Positions 39,338 to 48,163 of a stretch of DNA of 64,000 bases are shown here, piece after piece. The notes below the pieces were generated by a model, which worked only from the letters and a program-made list of their open reading frames with translations, made no database searches and was not told where the DNA came from. Made by a program: the position numbers and the translations under genes. Origin of the DNA: an uncultured Syntrophales bacterium (GTDB lineage Bacteria > Desulfobacterota > Syntrophia > Syntrophales > JAAYKM01); contig CAZBQX010000005.1 in NCBI GenBank assembly GCA_964494155.1, positions 7,713 through 71,712 of the forward strand, given 5' to 3'. Position 1 is the first letter of the stretch; every line of letters begins with the position of its first letter.

Positions 39338-39778
39338 GTGTTTACCTATAACCTGCAATCCGTTTTGGAATACCGGCAGAGCATCGAGGAGCAAAAACTG
39401 ACGGCATTCTCCGATGCGGAACGGAACCTGCAAAGAGAAAAGGACCTGCTGCAGGAAATCCGGGAGCAGCAGAGAGGCCTGGTGGACGAATTGAAGGCGC
39501 TGAAAAACAAGGAGTGCGACAGCCGGGATATCGCACTGACCCTCAAGTATTCGGAAGAACTTCAGAAACAGGAAAACCGCCAGATTGAGACAGTCCGGAA
39601 AGCCACCGATGTGTTCGAGGAAAAGAGAAAGGAACTCCTGGAGGCGGTTAAAAAGAGGAAAATGATGGAAACCCATAAAGAACACCAGCTTCAGGAATAC
39701 AAGACAGATCTGATTGCAGCGGAACGACGGGAAACGGACGATATGTCGATCCAGCGTTTCAGCAGGAGAGAGGCATGA
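39338..39778 (+). CDS. fliJ: Flagellar export chaperone-like protein FliJ (GTG start)
   Basis: 146-aa all-coiled-coil protein directly after fliI (LQSVLEYRQSIEEQKLTAF...). Confidence 0.7.
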   Translation: MFTYNLQSVLEYRQSIEEQKLTAFSDAERNLQREKDLLQEIREQQRGLVDELKALKNKECDSRDIALTLKYSEELQKQENRQIETVRKATDVFEEKRKELLEAVKKRKMMETHKEHQLQEYKTDLIAAERRETDDMSIQRFSRREA

Positions 39779-40380
39779 AAAATAATAAAATCATCGTAAC
39801 GGCGCTGATCATCGCAATCCTTTTTGTAAAACTTTTTTTAGCGGGCGAGTTATTTCAGGAACTCTCCGGCTTGGATACCTCCGCACTTTCGCTCAAGCGG
39901 GCCATGGCGGAGACGCCGAAAAACGGTTTGGTGAGTGTACCGGTCAAGGACGTGGTGGCGGATCATCTCTCCCAGGAACGTAGCCTCATGAAAACCCTCG
40001 AGGTGAAACAGCAGGAGTTGGATAACCGGGAAAGCCGGCTGGCGGCGGAGGAGCAGCGCATCCAGACATTGAAGCAGGAAATCGTGGCCAAAATCGATAT
40101 GTTGCGTGGACTGGAAGACCGTCTCGGTACGGTCATGGAGGGAGAGAAATCCTCGGAGAATAAGAAATACAAGGATCTGGCCAAGGTTTACGACTCGGCG
40201 CCGCCCGACAAGGTCGGATCGATGCTCGAGCAGATGGATGTCAAAACCGCCGCAGGGATTACGATGAACATGAAGCGCGACAAGGCCGGCGCCGTCCTGG
40301 GCCATTTAAGTCCCCAGAAAGCGATTGAAATAACAAGAGAAATTACCCGCGTTTCCGCCGCAGCCAAACCGCAGCCATAG
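39775..40380 (+). CDS. MotE/FlbB/YlxF-like protein (TM helix + coiled coil + MgtE-N-like domain)
   Basis: It occupies the same position as ylxF in the Bacillus fla operon. The C-terminus PDKVGSMLEQMDVKTAAGITMNMKRDKAGAVLGHLSPQKAIEI is MgtE_N-like. Confidence 0.6.
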   Translation: MKNNKIIVTALIIAILFVKLFLAGELFQELSGLDTSALSLKRAMAETPKNGLVSVPVKDVVADHLSQERSLMKTLEVKQQELDNRESRLAAEEQRIQTLKQEIVAKIDMLRGLEDRLGTVMEGEKSSENKKYKDLAKVYDSAPPDKVGSMLEQMDVKTAAGITMNMKRDKAGAVLGHLSPQKAIEITREITRVSAAAKPQP

Positions 40381-40420
40381 CAGAAAGCAAATATTCCGCG
40401 ATTGTGACGTAAAAAGATCA

Positions 40421-40456
40421 AAAACCGGAGACTTCCTGAAAGGTTTCCGGTTTCTT
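40421..40456. terminator. Bidirectional stem-loop between convergent operons
   Basis: AAAACCGGAGACTT-CCTGAA-AGGTTTCCGGTTT forms a stem of about 11-13 bp including G-U pairs. An A-run precedes it and a T-run follows it. Confidence 0.5.
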
Positions 40457-40554
40457 GCATTTAAAGCAAGGGAACAGCCTGCTGTATGAAATCCTGATGG
40501 AATTCTGACTTAAAATGAAAGGGTTGCGTATAAAAGTCCGGTCGTCGGGTCAGG

Positions 40555-41835
40555 TTAATACTCAACCCGGAATACGGTCAGCGGTTTCTTTTTCCCCTTG
40601 ACCCGAAGCGGCGGCAGGTCCTTGAAGGTCTTCAGCCCGGGTATGTCCGTGTCCAGTTCATCAATCGCGTCTTTAACCGCCTGGGTTATAAGAATTTCGT
40701 CATTCCCCGCCATGGACTCGATACGTTGCGCCACATTGACGGCGTCGCCGATGACCGTATAATTGATGTGATCTTCCGAGCCGATATAACCGGCAACCAC
40801 GTCCCCCGTATTGATGCCGATGCCAATTTTCAGGTCATCAGGCCATTTTTTATGGTGGTTCGCTTCATTCAAAAGATGCAATTCCCGGATGATTTCGATG
40901 GCGGTTTTGACGGCGTGGACAGGGTCCTGGGCCTGAGAAATCGGGGCGCCGAAAACGGCCATCACGCCGTCTCCGAGCAATTTGTCCAGGGTCCCCTCGT
41001 TTCTGAAAATAATGGGAGTGATATGTATAAAGAAATCATTAAGAATTTCAACGACTTTTTCCTGGTCAAGTTTTTCCGAAAGCGACGTGAAGCCATGAAG
41101 ATCGGCAAACAGGATCGTCGCACGTTTCCGTTCCCCACCCAGACGCAGAATGCCCTTGTTCTTCAGAATTTCACTGGTGATATTTTTAGAGAAAAAGCGA
41201 CTGAGAAGAAAACGCTGGTTCTCTTCCTTGAGCATCTGGGAATACAGGCGGGATAAAATAATGGACGTCACCATCTGATCGGCCACAAGACTGAAAAAGC
41301 TGATCTGGTTCTGATCGATGCTGTTTAGAGAAGGAAAGACCAGATTAAGTACGCCCATGGTCCGCCCGTTATGTGCCAGGGGAACGCTCAGCAGGGATTG
41401 GGCCCCGAATCGTTTCTTCTCTTCCGGAGAACAGGTTTCGGTGAGGTTTTTCTTGATAGTCACCTGATTCTGGACCACGGCCTGTTCCGCCGATTGCTGA
41501 TAGAGACGGTGATAATCCCCGGGTAGATTTGTTCGATCCTGGTCGTTGAGCGACGCCATGACCTCAAGTTGTTGCGACTCTTCATTGAGGAGCATTAAAG
41601 AGATGTGTTCCGTGGCGAAGTATTTTTTAATGATATGGAGTTGTTCCGTAAAGAGCATGATCTTGTCGGTAATACCCGTCAGGCGGAGCATATCCACCAG
41701 CTCTTTGATTACGGATAACTCCTTGATCTTATTTTCATAATTGCTCCTCATCTTGAGGAACTGTTTTTTAAACAACTCCGCTTCATCAACGACAGGCAAA
41801 GGATTGTTTTTCTGACTTCTGCGTTCCGGGGTCAT
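40555..41835 (-). CDS. GAF domain + class III adenylate cyclase
   Basis: ATILFADLHGFTSLSE, GTLDKLLGDGVMAVFGAP and YTVIGDAVNVAQRIES. The Lys in DKLLGDG and the Thr in YTVIGD suggest adenylate specificity (class IIIb-like). The N-terminal half is GAF-like. Confidence 0.85.
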   Translation of the reverse strand: MTPERRSQKNNPLPVVDEAELFKKQFLKMRSNYENKIKELSVIKELVDMLRLTGITDKIMLFTEQLHIIKKYFATEHISLMLLNEESQQLEVMASLNDQDRTNLPGDYHRLYQQSAEQAVVQNQVTIKKNLTETCSPEEKKRFGAQSLLSVPLAHNGRTMGVLNLVFPSLNSIDQNQISFFSLVADQMVTSIILSRLYSQMLKEENQRFLLSRFFSKNITSEILKNKGILRLGGERKRATILFADLHGFTSLSEKLDQEKVVEILNDFFIHITPIIFRNEGTLDKLLGDGVMAVFGAPISQAQDPVHAVKTAIEIIRELHLLNEANHHKKWPDDLKIGIGINTGDVVAGYIGSEDHINYTVIGDAVNVAQRIESMAGNDEILITQAVKDAIDELDTDIPGLKTFKDLPPLRVKGKKKPLTVFRVEY

Positions 41836-43736
41836 CGCGTTGCTCCGTCGGGGCCAAAAACCATGGAAGGCGAGTTTTCATCAATGATGCCCCGGATCTC
41901 TTTCACCATGCTTTCGATCATGTCTTGATCGAAGTGGTCGAATAAGCGAGACAGCAATAACCAGTGACCGTAAGTCATGCCATGGTGGATGTGGTTTTCA
42001 TCCGTCGGCAGGCGGTCGATATCCATGGCTCGGTAATAGAGGTAATTGGCCAGGCCCGTTACCGCGGCAAGATCGGAATGGTCCGGTGCGTTGAAAGGCT
42101 GATGATGGTAGGCGATGGCATGGACAAGCGTTTCCGGCAGGTTCCAGCGGATGGCCAGGGAACTCCCGACCATGGCATGGTCCATGCCGTAAAGATCTTC
42201 TTCCAGTTCGAAAAGCGATTGTCCCTCGATTTCCGCTTCCTGATACGTTTCTCGGTAAGTATCCGTAAAATGATCAATAAAAAAGATTTTCCCCACATCA
42301 TGCAGCAATCCGGCGGAAAAAACGCCTTCATCTTTTTGCCCGGACAATTTACGGTACAGGTGCTTCACGATCATGGCGGTGCCGAGGGAATGGTGCCAGA
42401 GCAACTGCGGGTCAATAATATCCCGGAGATGCTTTGAGTCAAAAACTCTTGCCGCTGCCAGCCCGAAAGCGATATCCACAATCTCATTGGTTCCCAGGAG
42501 AGAAATTGCATATTTTACCGAGCTGATTTTTTGTGGGTAGCCATAAAAAGCGGAATTGACCGTTTTCAGCAGTTTCGAGGTTAGGGCCGGATCTTTGAGA
42601 ATGATGTCGGCCAATTCGGATCCCGAAGAATAGGGATGGGATGCGATGTTGAATATCTGGCTGGCGACGGTCGGCAGAGTCGGCAGGTCATCCGACTGAT
42701 TAAGCATGGTGGCGATTTTATCCATCATGACGGATCGTTGAGCCATGACGGATTCGAGTTCCATCTGCTGAATGATGGCGCTGAAATGACGTTCCGCTTC
42801 CGAGGCGGGCGGAGGTTTTACCTGTTCTTTAATCATTTTTTCCAGCTCCGGTACCAGCGGTGAATCAAAAGGCAGACGGGCCAAAAATTCCTTCTGGTCC
42901 GTATGGGGGATCTGAACCAGACCCAGCCAGAGCATATCTGGCGTCATGCTGAGCAGCCGGTTGAAAATGCGCCCCCGGCCGCGGATGAAACAAAGCTGCA
43001 AAGGGGTCCATTGGTCTTCAGTGTGCGCTAACGGTATCGAGTTCGACACGACGGCTTTGTCAGCCCGGTCTTCCCCCGGAGTTGGACTGCCTTCCGTCGC
43101 GTCCCTGGATAACGTTGTCAGATAAAGCAGCTTCCCGAGTGTTTGACCTTCTTCCGGAAAGACGGCATATCCACAGGTGAAGGCCACATTTTCGCCCAGC
43201 ATTTTTTTCAGGCCGCGGATGGCCTTCTGCTGTATGGGGCCTACACCATGCCGGTCGGTCGCAAAACCAAGGACGACAAAGCGATAATCATCGATGCCGA
43301 TTAACGTATCGCTTTCCCGAAAGATTTCTCCCAACTGGTCCTCAATATTTCCCAGCATGGAGGGATAAACGGGGAGCGATGATCCTGAGCCCACGTGAAA
43401 TACCAGAATGGACATACTGCTCCGGCTCCGCAGCACCTTGCTGAGTTCGCCGCGGATACGGCGATCATGTTTTTGCGCAATGAAATAAGGCGTGTCGTCG
43501 TATTGCACGACCGGTTCCATCGTCGTAAGGCAGCCCATCTGTGCCATGGCCCGTTGTGCCGCCTCGGCTCGGCTTTGGGTGTCGAAAGTCCGGACGACCC
43601 GGGGGGCACTGGTTAACAGGGGACGGATTTCATCGATGGTAAGACCGATTTCTTTCTGAAGGGCGTATGCGACTTTTTTTATAGCCGTACCGGCTGCAAA
43701 ACCCTGAAATGTCAGGCGGTAGCGAAGATCATTCAT
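41832..43736 (-). CDS. Degenerate GGDEF-like domain + HDOD domain protein
   Basis: 634 aa. The middle region SILVFHVG...SDTLIGIDDYRFVVLGFATD looks like a GGDEF fold with GIDDY in place of GGDEF. The C-terminal HDOD region reads LPTLPTVASQIFNIASHPYSSGSELADIILKDPALTSKLLKTVNSAFYG...AGLLHDVGKIFF. Confidence 0.75.
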   Translation of the reverse strand: MNDLRYRLTFQGFAAGTAIKKVAYALQKEIGLTIDEIRPLLTSAPRVVRTFDTQSRAEAAQRAMAQMGCLTTMEPVVQYDDTPYFIAQKHDRRIRGELSKVLRSRSSMSILVFHVGSGSSLPVYPSMLGNIEDQLGEIFRESDTLIGIDDYRFVVLGFATDRHGVGPIQQKAIRGLKKMLGENVAFTCGYAVFPEEGQTLGKLLYLTTLSRDATEGSPTPGEDRADKAVVSNSIPLAHTEDQWTPLQLCFIRGRGRIFNRLLSMTPDMLWLGLVQIPHTDQKEFLARLPFDSPLVPELEKMIKEQVKPPPASEAERHFSAIIQQMELESVMAQRSVMMDKIATMLNQSDDLPTLPTVASQIFNIASHPYSSGSELADIILKDPALTSKLLKTVNSAFYGYPQKISSVKYAISLLGTNEIVDIAFGLAAARVFDSKHLRDIIDPQLLWHHSLGTAMIVKHLYRKLSGQKDEGVFSAGLLHDVGKIFFIDHFTDTYRETYQEAEIEGQSLFELEEDLYGMDHAMVGSSLAIRWNLPETLVHAIAYHHQPFNAPDHSDLAAVTGLANYLYYRAMDIDRLPTDENHIHHGMTYGHWLLLSRLFDHFDQDMIESMVKEIRGIIDENSPSMVFGPDGATR

Positions 43737-43910
43737 GGTGTCAGGCTATGCTGCAATGGGTTCGAATAATTGGTTGCATTTTCCCCCGGAAAATCAACAT
43801 GATAAGGGCCATTGGTAGATACAAACTCACGCCGCAGACTATAAGAGAAAAAATGTCTGGCGTCAAGGAGATAGACCGTCTTCGCAGGCCATTCCCGGGA
43901 TGGTTTCCCT

Positions 43911-45356
43911 TTAGACGACATCATCATTAACCTGAGTATCAATTTCCAGGGGATCGGTATGTCCATAAGCCTTAATTTCGCGTCCGCCGTCTTTTTTCGC
44001 CTCACGGATGAGTTGCTGCGCCTGGGAAATCATTTTTTCGGGGATGCAAGGCGCAATGCGGTCGTAGTGAACAACCGCAATGCTCGCAGTCAGTTTCCCG
44101 TGTTCCAGTTGTTCTACCCCGGCAAACTGGTAATTTTCTATGAACGCGAGGAGTCTCCGGGCGACAATAAAGGAGTCTTCTTCCGTTGTATCGGTTAACA
44201 GGATCGCAAATTCGTCGCTGCCGTATCGGACCAGGATGTCTGAACCGCGGGTGGTTTCACGCAGGAAATCAGCGATACTTTTAATACAGATATCGCAGTT
44301 TTGCGTGCCGTTGATCCGGGCAAATTCGTCGAAATGGTCGATGTCCGCCATCAGAATCGAGAAAACGATCTGATGACGGTCGGCACGGCAAATCTCCTGG
44401 GCCAGTCTGATCTGAAAATAGGATCGGTCAAACAGCCCGCTTTGCGTATCCAGAAGGCCAACCCTTACCGGAGAAGGTTTTTCAAGATTGCGGATGTGAT
44501 CCAGCAGATCTTCGTTGGTGCAATAATGCTTATGGACCAGTTCTTCAATTTGTCCGACCAGACTGAGCCGTTCGCCCATTGAAATGTCTTTACCCGTCAG
44601 GATGATGACGGGGACATCTGCTGTTTGGGGATTGTTTCTCAGGGCGGAAAACATCTCAAAATAGCCGATATCGGATACCGCGAGGTCAAGGATGATAAGA
44701 TCGGGTGTGGCATGAAACGCGTCGTCCAAACCTTCCTTGCCTGACTGCGCGCAGGTGATGCGATAACCGGCCGCGGTGAGCATGGCTGTCAAGGACTCCA
44801 GAAAGTCGCGGTCCTGGTCGATGCAGAGAATGTTGCGCACGCCTTTCTTTTTATGAGAAACGGTGCTGTTCAAAGCACGGCAAGCCGGATCGGATGTATC
44901 TGAAGGTTTCTCATCGACGGCTGCGGTCAGGTTTCCCGAAACCTCTCCGGTTCGCCTGCGCACTTGGCGTATTGTCTGAATACGACTATGGCGAATCATA
45001 TTGAGAAAGAAGCGAATTCCCTGGTATTCTATAATCTCAGCGTGGGGAGGTTTCAGGGCCAGGAGTTCAGAAGGGCTGATTCCACTTTCGGGAAGATGGA
45101 AAATGATTTCGGGCATGGTCCGCATGGCTTCGGAGAGGCTTGAGAAAATGGGAATATTCCTTGCGCCGGCCAAATCAAAACTGGAAAACTCGCCGTTCAC
45201 ATCAACAATCCCTGAAAGGATCATCCCGGATTCATCAACGATCGTATCAAATAAATACGTCCCCAAATCACCGGCGCCGACAATCATGACCTTGATCATA
45301 TCATTTTGATTCACCTGCCCTTTGTCCTCCTTACCTTTATATATATGGAGCAACAA
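43911..45356 (-). CDS. Rossmann-like N-domain + REC + GGDEF (GSDEF) diguanylate cyclase-type response regulator
   Basis: N-terminus KVMIVGAGDLG (GxGxxG). REC domain ILCIDQD...LIILDLAVSDIGYFEM...VIILTGKD. GGDEF domain DTQSGLFDRSYF...ADIDHFDEF...RGSDILVRYGSDEFAILL, with RxxD five residues upstream of GSDEF. The true start may be M20 (45299) or the GTG just upstream of it. Confidence 0.8.
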   Translation of the reverse strand: MLLHIYKGKEDKGQVNQNDMIKVMIVGAGDLGTYLFDTIVDESGMILSGIVDVNGEFSSFDLAGARNIPIFSSLSEAMRTMPEIIFHLPESGISPSELLALKPPHAEIIEYQGIRFFLNMIRHSRIQTIRQVRRRTGEVSGNLTAAVDEKPSDTSDPACRALNSTVSHKKKGVRNILCIDQDRDFLESLTAMLTAAGYRITCAQSGKEGLDDAFHATPDLIILDLAVSDIGYFEMFSALRNNPQTADVPVIILTGKDISMGERLSLVGQIEELVHKHYCTNEDLLDHIRNLEKPSPVRVGLLDTQSGLFDRSYFQIRLAQEICRADRHQIVFSILMADIDHFDEFARINGTQNCDICIKSIADFLRETTRGSDILVRYGSDEFAILLTDTTEEDSFIVARRLLAFIENYQFAGVEQLEHGKLTASIAVVHYDRIAPCIPEKMISQAQQLIREAKKDGGREIKAYGHTDPLEIDTQVNDDVV

Positions 45357-45650
45357 TCCATATGCAAATTTTATGCTTGCCGGATCACCTATATCACATG
45401 CCGCGTTTAAATTCTCTTATTTGATGAGGGGCGGGGTATAGTCCTTCATCTTGATGGCGACGTTTTGGTTGATCGCTGACACAAGAAAGGACGTTTGAGG
45501 CATGTCGGCATATCTTTCCTCCCTGAAGGGTCTTGCCGCCGTGTTTTGTCTTGGCCAAAAGGGGAATATTTTTCCCGGTGAAGGTTTTTCACAAAAGGAT
45601 GAATATTGCAACATATTGTTATTTATAGATATATATTTGTTATCCGCTCA

Positions 45651-45666
45651 TGGCATGGCTCTTGCT
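45651..45666 (+). promoter_or_regulatory. Sigma-54 promoter of the fliK-flgD-flgE operon
   Basis: TGGCATGGCTCTTGCT has correct spacing. The -12 element lies 37 nt upstream of the ATG at 45702, which is preceded by GGGAG. Confidence 0.65.
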
Positions 45667-45701
45667 CTTTCCTGTACAAAGAATCATTCAGGGAGACGAA
45701 G

Positions 45702-47423
45702 ATGATCCATATCGCCCCACAAAATAACGGAAAAGTGACGGTCGCGGACCTGTTCGGCGGATCGGGAAAAGACAAGACGCAGCACGCTGCCGCGGATATG
45801 TCGAATCAGGGTGCGAATCTTCTGCCGTTTGGCGTGATTTTAGCAAAAATGGCAAACCGGGCCTCCCAGGGCCAGGATGCAGTGTCAGCGGCCGCCGGCC
45901 GGAAAGCCGCACAGGTGGAAGATATGGCCGCAGGATGGGGCGTCGACATGAAGCAGCATGCACCGCTTGTCCTGTTAAAAATGAAGGACAACCTTTCGGG
46001 GCAGGAAGAAGACGTTTTCGCCGTGGAAGTCGATCTTCAGGCGTTGCTTCAGGCGTTGCAGAGTGGAGAAGGGACGGGGGATGATCCGGCCCAGACGGAA
46101 AACGCTGCTGCTGCATTGTCCGCATATCTGTCGGCGCTCGTTTCGACCTTACAAAACCGGACCGATGCCGGAACTTCCACGCAAACGGCGCTTGAAGATG
46201 CCGGCAGCCAGGGAGACGTTCATCCGAAAATCCAGGTGAGTGCTGAAAAGACAAAAGAGCTCATGAATCAATTATTGAACCACAGCGCTGACAATTCCAG
46301 TGAGGCAACGGATAAGGGTCATAAAATTCTGCTGACCCTGCCGCAGGAGTTGCTCAAAGGATTTGTGATCAACAAAAACGGTCAGCCCCATTTTTCAGTG
46401 AATGGGATGGATGATACCACCGCTGTGCTGCTTCCTGCCGATGGGGTTGATAAGGCCGTTACGGGTCAACCGCTTTCCATGACAAATACCGCCGGGAGCT
46501 TGGATAAGGAAGGGACACCTTTCCAGGTTATTCGGTTAAATGTGCAGGCGTCCTCCGCCTCGCCACAAGGATCTTTGGCTGCAGCAGCTCAGGAATTGCA
46601 GAAAAATAATCAGGCAACCCCGGCAACCCCGGGCGCCGATGCGGCGATTACGGACAAAGAAGGAGACCTGACAGATAATCCTTTCCGTCATGAAATACTG
46701 GTAAAAAACGCCGGGGAGCGTGAGGCGCGGAACATCCTGACCACTGCGGCGCCCGTCGCCGACGGGGCGTCTTCCGAAAAGGGGAATCCCCAAAATGCGG
46801 CGTCGGCCGAGCAGGATCCGATGACGGCCGCCAAAGGTACCGGGACGTTGGACGACATGGTCCTGCAAGGGGAAGAGAAGGCGAAAAACGCACCCATTGT
46901 ATCAGGCAAGGAAAGCACGCATTGGGTCCCCTTTGCCGGGGCGACGTCCCCACAGTTGGCCCCCGAATCCGGAACCGCCCTGAAAGGCGTTTTCATCCCC
47001 ATGGATCGGGTGATCAGTGAGGCCGGCAAGATTCTGGAAAGTGGTGCGGGAAAGGTACAGATGACCCTGCAGCCGCCGAACCTGGGGACGATCAACATGG
47101 AAGTCGTTGTCCGTAACAACCGGGTGGATCTGGTCCTGACGGCGAATCAAGCTGATGTGCAACAGATCCTCCAGGCCAACGCCGACCAGCTTAAAAATGC
47201 CCTCAGCAACCAAGGGTTCCAGATCGATCAGTTGTCCGTCCTGTTGAAGCGGGAGAGTTTTGGTTTTAACCTAGGGGGCCATTCCCTCTGGCAGGACGGC
47301 ACAGGGCAGCAACCCAGCCACGGCAACGGATCAACCGGCCGTGACGCCATATCGGTGCCGGAGGCGGAAACAATGACTCCCCGCTGGGACTATGGCAACG
47401 GCACCATCAGCATCTTTGTCTGA
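45702..47423 (+). CDS. fliK: Flagellar hook-length control protein FliK
   Basis: C-terminal Flg_hook domain LQPPNLGTINMEVVVRNNRVDLVLTANQADVQQILQANADQLKNALSNQGF, with a low-complexity A/Q/G-rich N-terminal ruler. The ATG at 45702 is preferred to the track start at 45606. Confidence 0.8.
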   Translation: MIHIAPQNNGKVTVADLFGGSGKDKTQHAAADMSNQGANLLPFGVILAKMANRASQGQDAVSAAAGRKAAQVEDMAAGWGVDMKQHAPLVLLKMKDNLSGQEEDVFAVEVDLQALLQALQSGEGTGDDPAQTENAAAALSAYLSALVSTLQNRTDAGTSTQTALEDAGSQGDVHPKIQVSAEKTKELMNQLLNHSADNSSEATDKGHKILLTLPQELLKGFVINKNGQPHFSVNGMDDTTAVLLPADGVDKAVTGQPLSMTNTAGSLDKEGTPFQVIRLNVQASSASPQGSLAAAAQELQKNNQATPATPGADAAITDKEGDLTDNPFRHEILVKNAGEREARNILTTAAPVADGASSEKGNPQNAASAEQDPMTAAKGTGTLDDMVLQGEEKAKNAPIVSGKESTHWVPFAGATSPQLAPESGTALKGVFIPMDRVISEAGKILESGAGKVQMTLQPPNLGTINMEVVVRNNRVDLVLTANQADVQQILQANADQLKNALSNQGFQIDQLSVLLKRESFGFNLGGHSLWQDGTGQQPSHGNGSTGRDAISVPEAETMTPRWDYGNGTISIFV

Positions 47424-47450
47424 TCAAGTATATGAAGGAAGGTGAACACC

Positions 47451-48107
47451 ATGGCGAACGTCACGAACACAACCAATAATACCTCGTTAGCAAGTCAGCT
47501 CAGCAGTGTCACATCGAAGACTACAAGCTTGGGGAAAGACGATTTCCTGAAAATGCTGGTGGCGCAACTGAAGAATCAGGACCCCCTGAATCCCATGGAC
47601 GGGACTGAATTCGCGGCCCAGCTGGCCCAGTTTTCCAGTCTTGAGCAGTTGACCAACATGAATACGCAACTGACAAACCTGGGGCTTTACCAGAAAACGA
47701 TGATCAGCACCGAGGCGGTCAACCTTCTGGGTAAGGAAGTGACGGTAGGCCAGGGAAATCAATTCCAGGTGGAAGGAGATAACGGCGGTTTCAGCTACAG
47801 TCTTGCGGGAGATGCGGCACAGGTGTCCATCAGCATCCTGGACGAGTCAGGCAAGGAAGTTGATCGTATCGACGCGGGGAAACAGACGGCCGGTCAGCAG
47901 AATGTGACCTGGCAAAAAGGGACCAACAGCAACGGCTTGTATTCCTACAAGGTAGCAGCCGTGGACGCAAATGGAGATGATGTGACGGTCACGAGTATGA
48001 CAACGGGGAAGGTCACGGCGGTTCAGTACAAGGATAACGCCATTTATCTGACGGTTAACGGCCAGGAAGTCGCTTTCAGTAACATTGTTTCCGTCAAGAA
48101 TGGATAG
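47451..48107 (+). CDS. flgD: Flagellar hook capping/assembly protein FlgD
   Basis: LGKDDFLKMLVAQLKNQDPLNPMDGTEFAAQLAQFSSLEQL is canonical FlgD. Confidence 0.9.
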   Translation: MANVTNTTNNTSLASQLSSVTSKTTSLGKDDFLKMLVAQLKNQDPLNPMDGTEFAAQLAQFSSLEQLTNMNTQLTNLGLYQKTMISTEAVNLLGKEVTVGQGNQFQVEGDNGGFSYSLAGDAAQVSISILDESGKEVDRIDAGKQTAGQQNVTWQKGTNSNGLYSYKVAAVDANGDDVTVTSMTTGKVTAVQYKDNAIYLTVNGQEVAFSNIVSVKNG

Positions 48108-48163
48108 AACAATTTTTATAAACAGAAAGACATTTAAGATTAACAACTGACAGGAGGATTATC

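Noticed and set aside
45357-45701. ORFs 45417-45614 (minus strand) and 45502-45705 (plus strand), and the 5' part of the track's fliK ORF
   Set aside because: They lie in the AT-rich divergent promoter region. The ATG at 45702, with a GGGAG RBS and a sigma-54 promoter 37 nt upstream of it, is the sensible fliK start, and the small ORFs lack signals.
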